DNA of 34,059 nucleotides from an uncultured Burkholderiales bacterium (lineage in GTDB: Bacteria; Pseudomonadota; Gammaproteobacteria; Burkholderiales; Usitatibacteraceae): contig CAZRAL010000028.1 of NCBI GenBank assembly GCA_964598005.1, forward strand, positions 1 to 34,059. Reading direction: 5' to 3'. The notes under the pieces are model-generated. The model was not told the DNA's origin. It saw only the letters and a program-made list of their open reading frames with translations, and did no database searches. Both the position numbers and the translations under genes were made by a program. Of the stretch, positions 25,195 to 34,043 are shown one piece after another; within the stretch, counting starts at the first letter, position 1; each line of letters starts with the position of its first letter.

Positions 25195-26223
25195 CTACTC
25201 TTCAATCGCTTTACGAAAGCCTGCAATCATGCGATCGAGAGTTCGATTCCGCGAATATTGAATATATGCATTATGGCCTAATACCTGTACTAGACTTGGA
25301 TTGTTACAAACCCACTCAAGTGCAGTAGTTAGATCATTTTCACTTTCAAGAATAAGTGCATTGTGATTGTGATCCAAATTCATAAACTCAGGACCGTGGC
25401 GTCCTTCGCGCAAGGTTACAACAGGTACACCGTATGCAAAGCTGTGTAACACTCCGAGCCCAACTGGACCTGGGGATATATAAGCATATGCACGGGAGAA
25501 AAGGGTTGCTAACATGGCATGATCCTGAACTGAACCATGAAAAGTAATCTTCTGCGCAACGCCAAGTTCACTTGCAAGCTGTCGAAGCTCACCCTCAAGC
25601 ACACCTCCCCCTACAATATCAAGCACAATATGATCAGCGATACGTCCCTGTAATTCTAAGAATGTGCGAATGATTAAATCAATACGTTTTCTGGACTGCA
25701 ACCTCCCGACAAATAGCAAGCTGCATTTATCTGCATTACTCGTGTCGGAATGATTGGGAACGTGGATCGTATTTGGCGCTACGACGACCTTTGATAGATC
25801 AACCCCACGCTCGGACATGCGAGCAATCTCTTCTTCCCCATACAACAAAATTCGATCTGCCTTCTTCATTAAGAAATCACGAGTTCTATTAGCAAGCCCG
25901 TTAGCACTATAGCGATGACCCCACAAAATCCACTTAGCGTGGCGTTGTCCAACAAAGGGCAGAATATATGCAGGCCACCTCAGATCAAACATTGAGATTA
26001 CAGCGTCAAAATGCTGTCGTGCTTTATAGATCGAAGCAATATTTTGCAAATGAAACGGTCCAACTTTCACTTGTGGAATAATAATTTCAGCATAGTGGCT
26101 GAATATCGCCTCCCCCTCCTTGTTGGCATGCATTACTGTAACTAGATAATGCTTCGTCAATTCATTTATTACTGGGCGACGGTACTCTGTTAAGGCGTCT
26201 TGCAGGATCAAGATCGACTTCAT
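25195..26223 (-). CDS. Glycosyltransferase family 4, about 342 aa
   Basis: GT4 C-terminal domain (LLFVGRLQSRKRIDLI ... GVPVVTLREG). Start at MKSILIL (26223) with AAGGG 7 nt upstream preferred. Track ORF extends to 26331, overlapping the upstream gene. Confidence 0.65.
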   Translation of the reverse strand: MKSILILQDALTEYRRPVINELTKHYLVTVMHANKEGEAIFSHYAEIIIPQVKVGPFHLQNIASIYKARQHFDAVISMFDLRWPAYILPFVGQRHAKWILWGHRYSANGLANRTRDFLMKKADRILLYGEEEIARMSERGVDLSKVVVAPNTIHVPNHSDTSNADKCSLLFVGRLQSRKRIDLIIRTFLELQGRIADHIVLDIVGGGVLEGELRQLASELGVAQKITFHGSVQDHAMLATLFSRAYAYISPGPVGLGVLHSFAYGVPVVTLREGRHGPEFMNLDHNHNALILESENDLTTALEWVCNNPSLVQVLGHNAYIQYSRNRTLDRMIAGFRKAIEE

Positions 26224-26305
26224 TATGGAACCCTTACTTATCAGAATTCCAGATTGTGGCAGCGAGCATCGAATTGTGCATTTCAGATGAACGGTCTCAT
26301 AAAGT

Positions 26306-28228
26306 CTATGCTGTGTCACCTGAAGGTACATCTAGGAACCGCCTAAACCACAATTCCGTACTCAACAAGCGAAACAGCAGTGTGCTATGGTCTCGCTTGC
26401 CCTGACGGTGCGTATCAATGAGTCTTCGCAGGCCAGACTTATCAAATAGTCCACGCTCAAGACTGCGTGTGCTCAGAAGAATATCGACTGCACTTTTGGC
26501 TCCTGTAAACTTCTTGCGGAATTGTGATGTAATCGGTGAGTTGAAACCGAATTTGGTACGGTTATAAAGAATCCAATCGGGCACAAGTCCACACATTGCT
26601 TGTCTGTGGATATATTTGCCTACTCCAAGCTTGATTTTGAAATCACTAGGCAGACTCCATACAAATTCGACCAGCCGGTGATCCAAGAATGGCATACGCG
26701 ACTCAATGCTGTTCGCCATTGAAATGGCATCACCATAATGCAAAAGATTCACCAGACCACCAGAATGTTGACGCCGTAGCGTTTCCGTAACCCACCCTTT
26801 ATCTTCCTCATCTGGCAGTGGCGGATAGTCGCGCATTCGGTCATAGTCACGTAGTGCAGGGCCAAAGGCCTCTGACACTCCTGTCAATTGCTGGTATAGC
26901 ATGGATAACCAAGGAAGGCGATTACTCGCCCCACGTAGCGCCATAAATACACTGTAACGAAGCTTATAGGTTTTGCTATATTCCTCAACTGATGCAAAAG
27001 CTTCTCGGTATCTCCCAGCAGCAATCAGGTCACCGAAACTTTGCCAGATTATGTTGGCGACATAGCCGCCAAGAAGTTCGTCGGCACCTTGCCCTTCAAG
27101 CAACACTGTCACGTGCTTTCGTGCTTTTCTGAGCAGCTGCATCAATGGAAAGACAGCAGGCGAACTGTTCCCACTCTCCAGATGCCAGACGATATGTGAG
27201 AGCTGATTGACAAACTCTGAATAGTCAGTATCGACGACATGTGAGTGGAGCTTTAGTTCATGCGCTACGCGACAAACAGAAGTCGACTCATCAATCGTGT
27301 TGCCGGCCTCAACATATATCGAACGGTTCTGAATGAGTCCCTCTTCCGATGAGAAACGTGATGTGAAGCAATGATGCGGTGCAGGATCAATGTGTTGCAT
27401 CGCATAAACGATCGAGGAAGAATCAAGGCCAGAAGAAAGCGTAACACCTAGCGGTACATCGCTGCGCATCCGAATGTATACAGCATCATGGAACAGTCTC
27501 GCATATTCTTGACGCGCATCTTCGAATGATAGATTTTTAATTATCTGCTGTGGATAATGCCAATAACGTGAAATGTAGATTTTGCCACTACGAATCGAAA
27601 GATTATGCCCAGGCTGAAGACGTTTGACCTTCTTAAACCAAGTTTCGGGGTGTTGCGCGCCAACTGAAGTCCTGCAAAAATTAGAAATTATGTTGTAGTC
27701 AGGTTCTGCGAGTTGGGGAGCATAGGCCAAGATTGCCTTGATTTCTGATGCGAAATAGAACTTCCCGTCGAGCAAAGCATAGTTAAAAGGCTTCTCGCCA
27801 TAACGATCACGGGAGCAAAATAGCGTTCGCTCCAGTCGGTCGTAAATCGCGAAGCCCCACATGCCATTGAAGCGCTGCACACATGCTTCTCCCCAGCGTA
27901 TGTAGGCCTGGAGCAGAACTTCTGCATCACCTAAGGTGTGAAAGGCCACACCAGCGGCAATTAGTTCAGAGCGAAGCTCTAAGTAATTAAATATTTCACC
28001 GTTGAAGACAAGCCAGTAGCGATTATGCGCGATGATCGGCTGGTTGCTGGCATCACTAAGGTCTATAATAGATAATCGAGTGTGGCCGAATAACGCATCG
28101 TTTCCAACTTGCTTCCAGGCCTGTGCATCGGGGCCGCGATGCTTAAGTGCTTCCAGCGCTCGTTTGACTCGACGTTCGTCAAATGATCCAACTCCATCTA
28201 TATTTATAATTCCAAAAATTCCGCACAT
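26306..28228 (-). CDS. Asparagine synthetase B-like glutamine-dependent amidotransferase (WbpS-type), paralog 2, 640 aa
   Basis: MCGIFGI N-terminus. SSGLDSS PP-loop. AsnB C-terminal domain. Confidence 0.85.
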   Translation of the reverse strand: MCGIFGIINIDGVGSFDERRVKRALEALKHRGPDAQAWKQVGNDALFGHTRLSIIDLSDASNQPIIAHNRYWLVFNGEIFNYLELRSELIAAGVAFHTLGDAEVLLQAYIRWGEACVQRFNGMWGFAIYDRLERTLFCSRDRYGEKPFNYALLDGKFYFASEIKAILAYAPQLAEPDYNIISNFCRTSVGAQHPETWFKKVKRLQPGHNLSIRSGKIYISRYWHYPQQIIKNLSFEDARQEYARLFHDAVYIRMRSDVPLGVTLSSGLDSSSIVYAMQHIDPAPHHCFTSRFSSEEGLIQNRSIYVEAGNTIDESTSVCRVAHELKLHSHVVDTDYSEFVNQLSHIVWHLESGNSSPAVFPLMQLLRKARKHVTVLLEGQGADELLGGYVANIIWQSFGDLIAAGRYREAFASVEEYSKTYKLRYSVFMALRGASNRLPWLSMLYQQLTGVSEAFGPALRDYDRMRDYPPLPDEEDKGWVTETLRRQHSGGLVNLLHYGDAISMANSIESRMPFLDHRLVEFVWSLPSDFKIKLGVGKYIHRQAMCGLVPDWILYNRTKFGFNSPITSQFRKKFTGAKSAVDILLSTRSLERGLFDKSGLRRLIDTHRQGKRDHSTLLFRLLSTELWFRRFLDVPSGDTA

Positions 28229-28245
28229 AGCATTGAATCTCGATT

Positions 28246-29094
28246 TTAGGATGCGGGCTTGCGTAGGATCAGTGCAAGCGAAGCTGGGCCGAATCGTTCG
28301 ATAAGATTAGTGCGGTGATATTTTGTATTGAAGGCAAAAAGCAAAGATAATAGCCGATCAACACGGGTGGCTAAAGGGTTGGTGAAGGCAGGTGTTCCCA
28401 ATTCGGCCATGACCCGAGTAAAGGGCGCGAAATCGAAAAAGGCGGAATGATCTATCCGGAAGCCTACATTGATTACTATCATTTTCAAAAGTCTATAAGG
28501 AATGCCACGCTCATTTTTAGTTAATCCTCGCCGTGGGTACCGCCAGTCCCCTTGGGTCACTATTGGTTCACGGATTAACATGCAACCTCCAGGGGCGAGA
28601 CAGCGATGGAATTCGCGCAGCACCGTTGAGACATTTGCAATATGGTGCAATGCCCCCATTGAAGTTGCCAACTGGAAATGGTTGTCTGGAAAATCCAGCT
28701 TCCCATTGAGGGCAGGTTTTCGATATTCCAAAGGGGTTCCGTTCAAGACTTTATGTTCGGAAAATTTGTCCGATGGCTCGATAATCGTGATCTTGCTCAG
28801 CTGGTCGGCGATGGGAATGAATTCGTCGCCATACGCACTGCCAAGACCGATTGCATGGGCTCCTTGCGGAATATTCACATGCTTAAAGAGATGAAATAGA
28901 TTCAATTCATGATAATGATACCGATAAACGTCTTGCTGAGATAAAACCACCCCTGAGTACCCTTCTTTTTCTTCCTCATACCATACGTGAAGTTGCTCTT
29001 CTGTGAAATCATCTCCGTACAATCGATTTCCCAAAAAGAATTCCTCGATTGAAATGGATTTCGATGTTGTATCTTTCAATGGATTTAATCTCAT
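28246..29094 (-). CDS. Class I SAM-dependent methyltransferase
   Basis: GLGSAYGDE (motif I region), DNHFQL, and GGCMLIREP (motif III). Confidence 0.55.
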   Translation of the reverse strand: MRLNPLKDTTSKSISIEEFFLGNRLYGDDFTEEQLHVWYEEEKEGYSGVVLSQQDVYRYHYHELNLFHLFKHVNIPQGAHAIGLGSAYGDEFIPIADQLSKITIIEPSDKFSEHKVLNGTPLEYRKPALNGKLDFPDNHFQLATSMGALHHIANVSTVLREFHRCLAPGGCMLIREPIVTQGDWRYPRRGLTKNERGIPYRLLKMIVINVGFRIDHSAFFDFAPFTRVMAELGTPAFTNPLATRVDRLLSLLFAFNTKYHRTNLIERFGPASLALILRKPAS

Positions 29095-29101
29095 CTTGAG
29101 C

Positions 29102-30367
29102 CTAGATAATAATTTTGCGCCAATTATGGCGAAGGAAAATTACCAACAGTAGTGCAAATTGAAGTAAATAGCTAATTCCGATCGCCCACACACAACCGTG
29201 AAGTCCATATAAAGGAATGAGTGCAAACAACATGACGACTGACAGTACGGCAGACATCGCATTACCAATCAATATAGACCTGCTGCTACCATGTGCTAAC
29301 AGAATCCCATTCAAAACGGCGATGACATTAAAAATGGAAATTACAATGCCAATACTAAATAAATAGTCACTCACAATTGCGTATTTCTCAGAAAGAAGCA
29401 CAGCAGTAATCAGGTCGCCGAGGGCATAAAATAAAGCTGCGCCTATAAAAGATAAAGAGATAATACTGAAGAGCCAAATAAATTTGATGCGTCCAGCTTC
29501 GTGTGAGTTATTCTTGGCGATTGCTTCAACATAGGCCGGCAGCATTGTCACATAACCAATATCGGACAGCATGCCGAAAGGGCGTTTCACCAATCCATAA
29601 GCTGCAACGAAAGCCCCCGCGTGGTGCAAGCTGAGCATTGCCGTGATAATATAGCGACTGCTCATCTCTGAAACATTCGCAAAAATGTTTGACGGAACAA
29701 TAGGCCAAGCAATTTGCAATATTTCTTTGCTTATTTTCTCACGGGCATCGCGGTCTATTGAACTAGCGCCCAGACTGGCACTGGAACGAGTCATTACTAG
29801 TAATGAAGTCAGCACAATCAGTGCGCCAAATAAATTACCAGCAACAGCAACATAGGCAGATGTTCCAAGGCCTTCCAGGAACAGCCACAAAAATATAAGC
29901 CGAATACTCACATCACCAACGCTAACCATGGCTACCGAGTGCTGATTTCGGCCAGCAGCGAGTAGCGTTTGCTCAAAGCATCTTCTCGCGTCGATAACAA
30001 ACAATCCAGTGACTAATAACGGCGTAGACCAATGTAGATCGAGCAAATGACATACAGGGACGCCAATCAGAACAATTGCAAAGACGCACATTACGGCGGC
30101 TCTTGTGATAACAGCCAAGCATACGACTCTGAACTCCTTTTCCTTCCCGGCCTCAGCATAAATGGAATATCGAACAAGCATTGCCCGTACGACTGGATCA
30201 ACCACAATTCCTGCAAGAATCGATGCGGTTGAAATGATAATTGCCATGAGTCCTAATTCAGCCGGCGTTAGATAAACAGCCCATACTTTGAGTGTGAGAA
30301 GTGCTACAGCAACATTTATGACTTGGCCTGCTGAGGCCCATGATACTTCTCGAAATAGCTGTTTCAT
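29102..30367 (-). CDS. wzx: Wzx-type polysaccharide flippase (MOP superfamily polysaccharide biosynthesis protein)
   Basis: 421 aa with about 12 predicted TM helices and typical RfbX-like hydropathy. Sits inside the glycan cluster next to a polymerase-like gene. Confidence 0.6.
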   Translation of the reverse strand: MKQLFREVSWASAGQVINVAVALLTLKVWAVYLTPAELGLMAIIISTASILAGIVVDPVVRAMLVRYSIYAEAGKEKEFRVVCLAVITRAAVMCVFAIVLIGVPVCHLLDLHWSTPLLVTGLFVIDARRCFEQTLLAAGRNQHSVAMVSVGDVSIRLIFLWLFLEGLGTSAYVAVAGNLFGALIVLTSLLVMTRSSASLGASSIDRDAREKISKEILQIAWPIVPSNIFANVSEMSSRYIITAMLSLHHAGAFVAAYGLVKRPFGMLSDIGYVTMLPAYVEAIAKNNSHEAGRIKFIWLFSIISLSFIGAALFYALGDLITAVLLSEKYAIVSDYLFSIGIVISIFNVIAVLNGILLAHGSSRSILIGNAMSAVLSVVMLFALIPLYGLHGCVWAIGISYLLQFALLLVIFLRHNWRKIII

Positions 30368-30422
30368 CGCAATACTACGAGGGATGTATCTTTAACGGAG
30401 CTTTCGAAATATGGCGCATTCT

Positions 30423-31883
30423 TCATGATGTTGGTACATTCTCAACGCGCATATTCAACATACGTGCGCGGATCGCCTGATAACTGCGCCCATAGAGATA
30501 GACCAAAAGAAAATGCAAGGGCCATCCGCCGGACAATAAAACCCGAAAAAAGGATGTATCTGCAAGCATCCAGATGCAGCCAAGTGAAGATAAACACAGT
30601 AGGCGAAGATTAGTTTTTCTCGACCAGCTATTGAATATTGCCAAAGCGATTCCAAGAATCACCCCGATTAGTACGACACCGAAATAACCGGCCGCTGCTA
30701 TTCCATCAGTCGACCAAAATCCACCGGACATATCATATGTATAAAAACCTGCCTGAAAGTGTCCAACAATCTGTCCAATACTAAATTTTTCGTATGGGTA
30801 ATCTATAAACCAGCTGACAGGCCCAAGGTGGGAATAAAATGTGAATGGGTTTTGGTTGTTAACAAAAAAGTCATAGTAATTACCAAGGGTCATCCCGTTT
30901 ATTGAGAAGGCTCTCTTGACTACCTGAGAGAGAACAAGACCGACCAATTCCTCTACTTCTTGACCATAAATTTCTATAAGAAGCAACACGGCTATTATTA
31001 TTATGGCAAAAAGTTTCCCGATATCTTCGGCTAAGATCTTTTCCTTCTTTAGAACAAAATAATGCACTGCATACATGAGCGGAATCAGAAAAACAATAAA
31101 CTTCGATCCGGTAATAAAGAAGCCCATAAGAAACCCCAAAAATCCAAAGTAAAGAATGTGTCTTTGTTTATACATCATGCCGATCGCAACCATTAATGGC
31201 GATATCACCCGAATCAACCATTGGAGTATATAAGCTGGAAGCGTCCTATTTGGGGAGTATTCCGATACGATATCTCTTTGGTCGTAGACATTTGTGATTT
31301 CCACAATCGTAATCACACTCGCGTAAAATATAAAAAGAAAGGCTGATATAAAAAGAAAAATCAAAATTAAATTGATCTCAAATTTTGAGTTCAAGTATCT
31401 TATGCCGGAAGTGAGTCTGTTGTTCAGTGCTAAGATTAGTTCATGACGATATGTCACATGCTTCCATTTTGCGTTCGCTAGACTTTCTGGAATGAATGCA
31501 ATGAGGTAAAGCGAGACGGTCAGGCAGGCTATCAGAAAATACCCGGCATCTGAGGGGAAACCCTGCATTGCGACGATTATTACCGAAGGAACAAAGACGA
31601 AAAAGAAAAGAAACCAAACCACAAATCGCGAATAAAATACTATCGCTCGTGGGTAGGTCGCCGAAAACATGATGCAGCATAGGCTTGCCAAAATCAGGGG
31701 CCCTAAGCTTCGATCGCTATTGAATTCTGGAAACCCTTGATAGCCCCATACCGGAGTCAAGTAATAGTAGTAATTGTAAATATTAACCAGAATATAAATC
31801 AGCGTGATTGCAACCAGCAGCAATCTGCCTTTTTGAATTACGAGGTTCCCCCGGTTTTTCGTCTGCAAAAAAGCGAGATTCAT
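30423..31883 (-). CDS. wzy: Wzy-like O-antigen/EPS polymerase (polytopic membrane protein). The 5' 14 codons are supplied by the adjacent IS3 inverted repeat.
   Basis: Very AT-rich and hydrophobic. At least 10 TM helices with a large loop. Poorly conserved, as expected for Wzy. The ORF start (MNLAFLQTKNRGNL) lies inside IS sequence 31842-31883. Confidence 0.4.
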   Translation of the reverse strand: MNLAFLQTKNRGNLVIQKGRLLLVAITLIYILVNIYNYYYYLTPVWGYQGFPEFNSDRSLGPLILASLCCIMFSATYPRAIVFYSRFVVWFLFFFVFVPSVIIVAMQGFPSDAGYFLIACLTVSLYLIAFIPESLANAKWKHVTYRHELILALNNRLTSGIRYLNSKFEINLILIFLFISAFLFIFYASVITIVEITNVYDQRDIVSEYSPNRTLPAYILQWLIRVISPLMVAIGMMYKQRHILYFGFLGFLMGFFITGSKFIVFLIPLMYAVHYFVLKKEKILAEDIGKLFAIIIIAVLLLIEIYGQEVEELVGLVLSQVVKRAFSINGMTLGNYYDFFVNNQNPFTFYSHLGPVSWFIDYPYEKFSIGQIVGHFQAGFYTYDMSGGFWSTDGIAAAGYFGVVLIGVILGIALAIFNSWSRKTNLRLLCLSSLGCIWMLADTSFFRVLLSGGWPLHFLLVYLYGRSYQAIRARMLNMRVENVPTS

Positions 31884-32779
31884 GCGACCTGTTTTTCCTG
31901 AGACTGCACTGGCGACTTGTAACCGAGGCTCGAATGCCGCTTCTTGCGGTTGTAAAAAACCTCAATATACTCGAAGCTGGCGGCCTTTATGTCGGCATGA
32001 GTGGCATAGCGAATTCCATGTATCCACTCGTTCTTCAAGCTATTAAACCAGCTCTCCGTCGGCGCATTATCCCAACAGTTGCCTTTCCGACTCATCGAGC
32101 AAGTCATGCCATAGGCCTTGAGCTTATCCTGAAAGGCATGAATGGCGTACTGGCTACCCCGGTCAGAATGGTGCATCAGCCCCGCTATCGGCCGTTTCCT
32201 GAACCAGGCTATAGTTAGCGTATCGATCACGAGGTCCGCTGTCATGTGCGGTTTCAGCGACCAGCCGACTATTTCGCAGTTGAACAGGTCAAGCACGATA
32301 GCCAGATACAGCCAGCCTTCATCGGTCCACAGGTAGGTTATGTCCGATTCCCAGACCTGATTCGGCACCGACGGCGTGAAGTTCCTGTCCAGCAGGTTCT
32401 CCGCCACCGGCAGGCCATATTTCGAGTCCGTCGTCATTTGGTAGCGCCGCTTGTGGCAGGCACGAATGCTGTTGTCGCGCATCAATCGCTCAACCCGTTC
32501 CTTTGCCGGTCGGATATACCCGGCCACGCAGCTCGCACACCATACGCGGGCTGTCGTAAGCGCCTTTGACTTCGCTATGAATGGATTCGATCAGCGCCAG
32601 CATTTGCTGGTCAGAGAGTCGCTTGCGATTAGGTGTGCCACCACGCATCCATGTACGATAACCACTGATGCTGACATTGAGCACGTCACACATTTCAGCT
32701 AGCGAGTATGATTGGCTTTGCTCGGCAATCTAGGCGTACCTCACAGTACACCTCTTGCAAAGTACGCCGTCGCTTTTTT
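31880..32779 (-). pseudogene. IS3-family transposase OrfB, frame-disrupted beyond the programmed -1 site
   Basis: Three frames are needed: -1 frame from the slippery site stops after 11 codons (ATAYFARGVL*); N-terminal OrfB segment IAEQSQSYSLAEMCDVLNVSISGY ... ELRGR lies in the +1 frame (32729-32490); DDE core (RVERLMR ... VWESDITY ... HSDRGSQY ... NAPTESWF) lies in the -1 frame (32527-31880). Confidence 0.65.
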
Positions 32780-33030
32780 AGGATTTCATTCCCCCGCTTC
32801 AACCGCAGATTTTCACCGCGCAGCCTTGAAAGCATCATTTCATCCGGGGTCACGATTGGGCCACCAGGCCCGCTGAGTCTGCCTTTCGCCGCCGCCTTGA
32901 TCCAGTTGTGCAAAGTCTGGTCGCTCAGCCCCACTTCTTTGCATACCCTGCTGACGTTTTGTCCATCATGGATCCGCTTGCCCGCCAGTTCCTTGAATTC
33001 AATTGTGTATGATTGCCTCGGTATTTTCAT
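32695..33030 (-). CDS. IS3-family transposase OrfA (HTH)
   Basis: QSYTIEFKELAGKRIHDGQNVSRVCKEVGLSDQTLHNWIK HTH. Slippery heptamer A AAA AAG at 32779-32773 near the 3' end. The -1 frame after it reads ATAYFAR, the conserved OrfAB junction. Confidence 0.8.
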   Translation of the reverse strand: MKIPRQSYTIEFKELAGKRIHDGQNVSRVCKEVGLSDQTLHNWIKAAAKGRLSGPGGPIVTPDEMMLSRLRGENLRLKRGNEILKKRRRTLQEVYCEVRLDCRAKPIILAS

Positions 33031-33098
33031 GTTCTGCCTTTCATTTGTGATGTCAATTTTAGATCACCCTTGGCAGACGAAAAACCGGGGGAACCTCA

Positions 33099-33361
33099 AA
33101 ATACGACCGAAGCGCTTTTTGTCGATTGCTTTCTTTAGGAGTTGAAGAATTGGATTTAGTCGATTTTGTTTGACAACAAAAAGGAATACGCCCACTTTGT
33201 CACAAGCCTCGACCATACGAAGGTCACCCTGCCAATATATTACCACGGGCTTTTCTGTCATCACATGAAAAACAGCTGTAGCGGCTTGAATAGTTTGCTT
33301 AGAATGTAAACCAGATGGTGTAGCAAGAACGATGACATCGGCTTCTATGCTTGAAGCATTT
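33099..33361 (-). pseudogene. Internal fragment of a Gfo/Idh/MocA-family NAD-dependent sugar oxidoreductase (WbpB-like), truncated at both ends by IS elements
   Basis: DVIVLATPSGLH ... HVMTEKP ... LRMVEACDKVGVFLFVVKQNRLNPILQLLKKAIDKKRFGRIL is a conserved block that normally spans roughly residues 60-150 of such proteins. Upstream it is stopped by TGATGA at the edge of the second IS. Downstream it abuts the IS3 end at 33098. Confidence 0.6.
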
Positions 33362-33431
33362 CATCAAAATGTGAAGTTGAAGTCACCCCCATTTCACGGA
33401 CACCTTATTGTTCTTTCAGAAGGAGTCCGAA

Positions 33432-34043
33432 ATGTCCAAACCGTACATCCGCAAACCGCCCTATCCGGCGCAATTTCGAGAACAGATGATTGAGCTGGTT
33501 CGCGCGGGGTGCAAGCCCGGCGAATTGACCAAGGAGTATGGCTGCCATGTCACCAGTATCCTGAACTGGATAGGCCAGGCCGATGGAGCGACCGGTGTCG
33601 TGCCAACCCAGGCCAGTGCGCTCAGTGCCAGTGAACGCCAGGAGCTCATCGAGCTGCGTCCCCAGTTGCGCCAAGTCCAGATGGAACAAGATATCCTTGC
33701 AAAGGCTACGGCCTGGTTTGCCAACAACGGCGACAACACGTTCACCCCCGTCTACGCGGAGCTGCAAGACGCAGGCATGGTGGCCAGCCGCAAGCGCATT
33801 GCCCGTTTGATGCGACACGAGCAGATGCGTGGAGTCAGTCGCAGGCGCAGCTTCTGCGTGACTGAGCGAGATGTCCGGCATCGCCCGGCACCGGACTTGG
33901 TGAATCGTGAGTTTGTGGCCACCGACATCAACCAGTTGTGGGTGGCCGACATGACCTACATCCCGACCTGGACGGGATTGCTGTACCCGGCCATGGTTAT
34001 TGATCCGAGATTTTCCATTAGGCTGGTCCCATTGCAGAGCTAA
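33432..34043 (+). CDS. IS3-family transposase with OrfA and OrfB fused in one frame (internal deletion derivative). C-terminus anomalous or partial.
   Basis: AGGAG RBS 7 nt before ATG 33432. OrfA HTH (MSKPYIRKPPYPAQFREQMIELVRAGCKPGELTKEYG), ATAWFA junction motif, then directly KRIARLMR ... DINQLWVADMTYIP (first catalytic Asp). The OrfB N-terminal segment of about 50 aa expected between them is absent. Ends ...VIDPRFSIRLVPLQS* at 34043, deviating from the conserved VIDLFSRxVVGW. Confidence 0.55.
   Translation: MSKPYIRKPPYPAQFREQMIELVRAGCKPGELTKEYGCHVTSILNWIGQADGATGVVPTQASALSASERQELIELRPQLRQVQMEQDILAKATAWFANNGDNTFTPVYAELQDAGMVASRKRIARLMRHEQMRGVSRRRSFCVTERDVRHRPAPDLVNREFVATDINQLWVADMTYIPTWTGLLYPAMVIDPRFSIRLVPLQS

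Larger units (their letters stand above)
31842..33098 (-). mobile_element. IS3-family insertion sequence (1257 bp) with perfect 25-bp terminal inverted repeats GAGGTTCCCCCGGTTTTTCGTCTGC
   Basis: 31843-31867 equals the reverse complement of 33073-33097. orfA with an A AAA AAG slippery site, and orfB with a DDE core. No matching 3-bp direct repeats (tta vs aaa). Confidence 0.85.

Noticed and set aside
32773-32779. A AAA AAG heptamer as a fully functional programmed -1 frameshift site producing OrfAB
   Set aside because: The motif and the ATAYFAR junction are present, but the -1 frame hits TGA after 11 codons and the rest of orfB lies in other frames. It is kept as the ancestral frameshift site of a now-decayed orfB.
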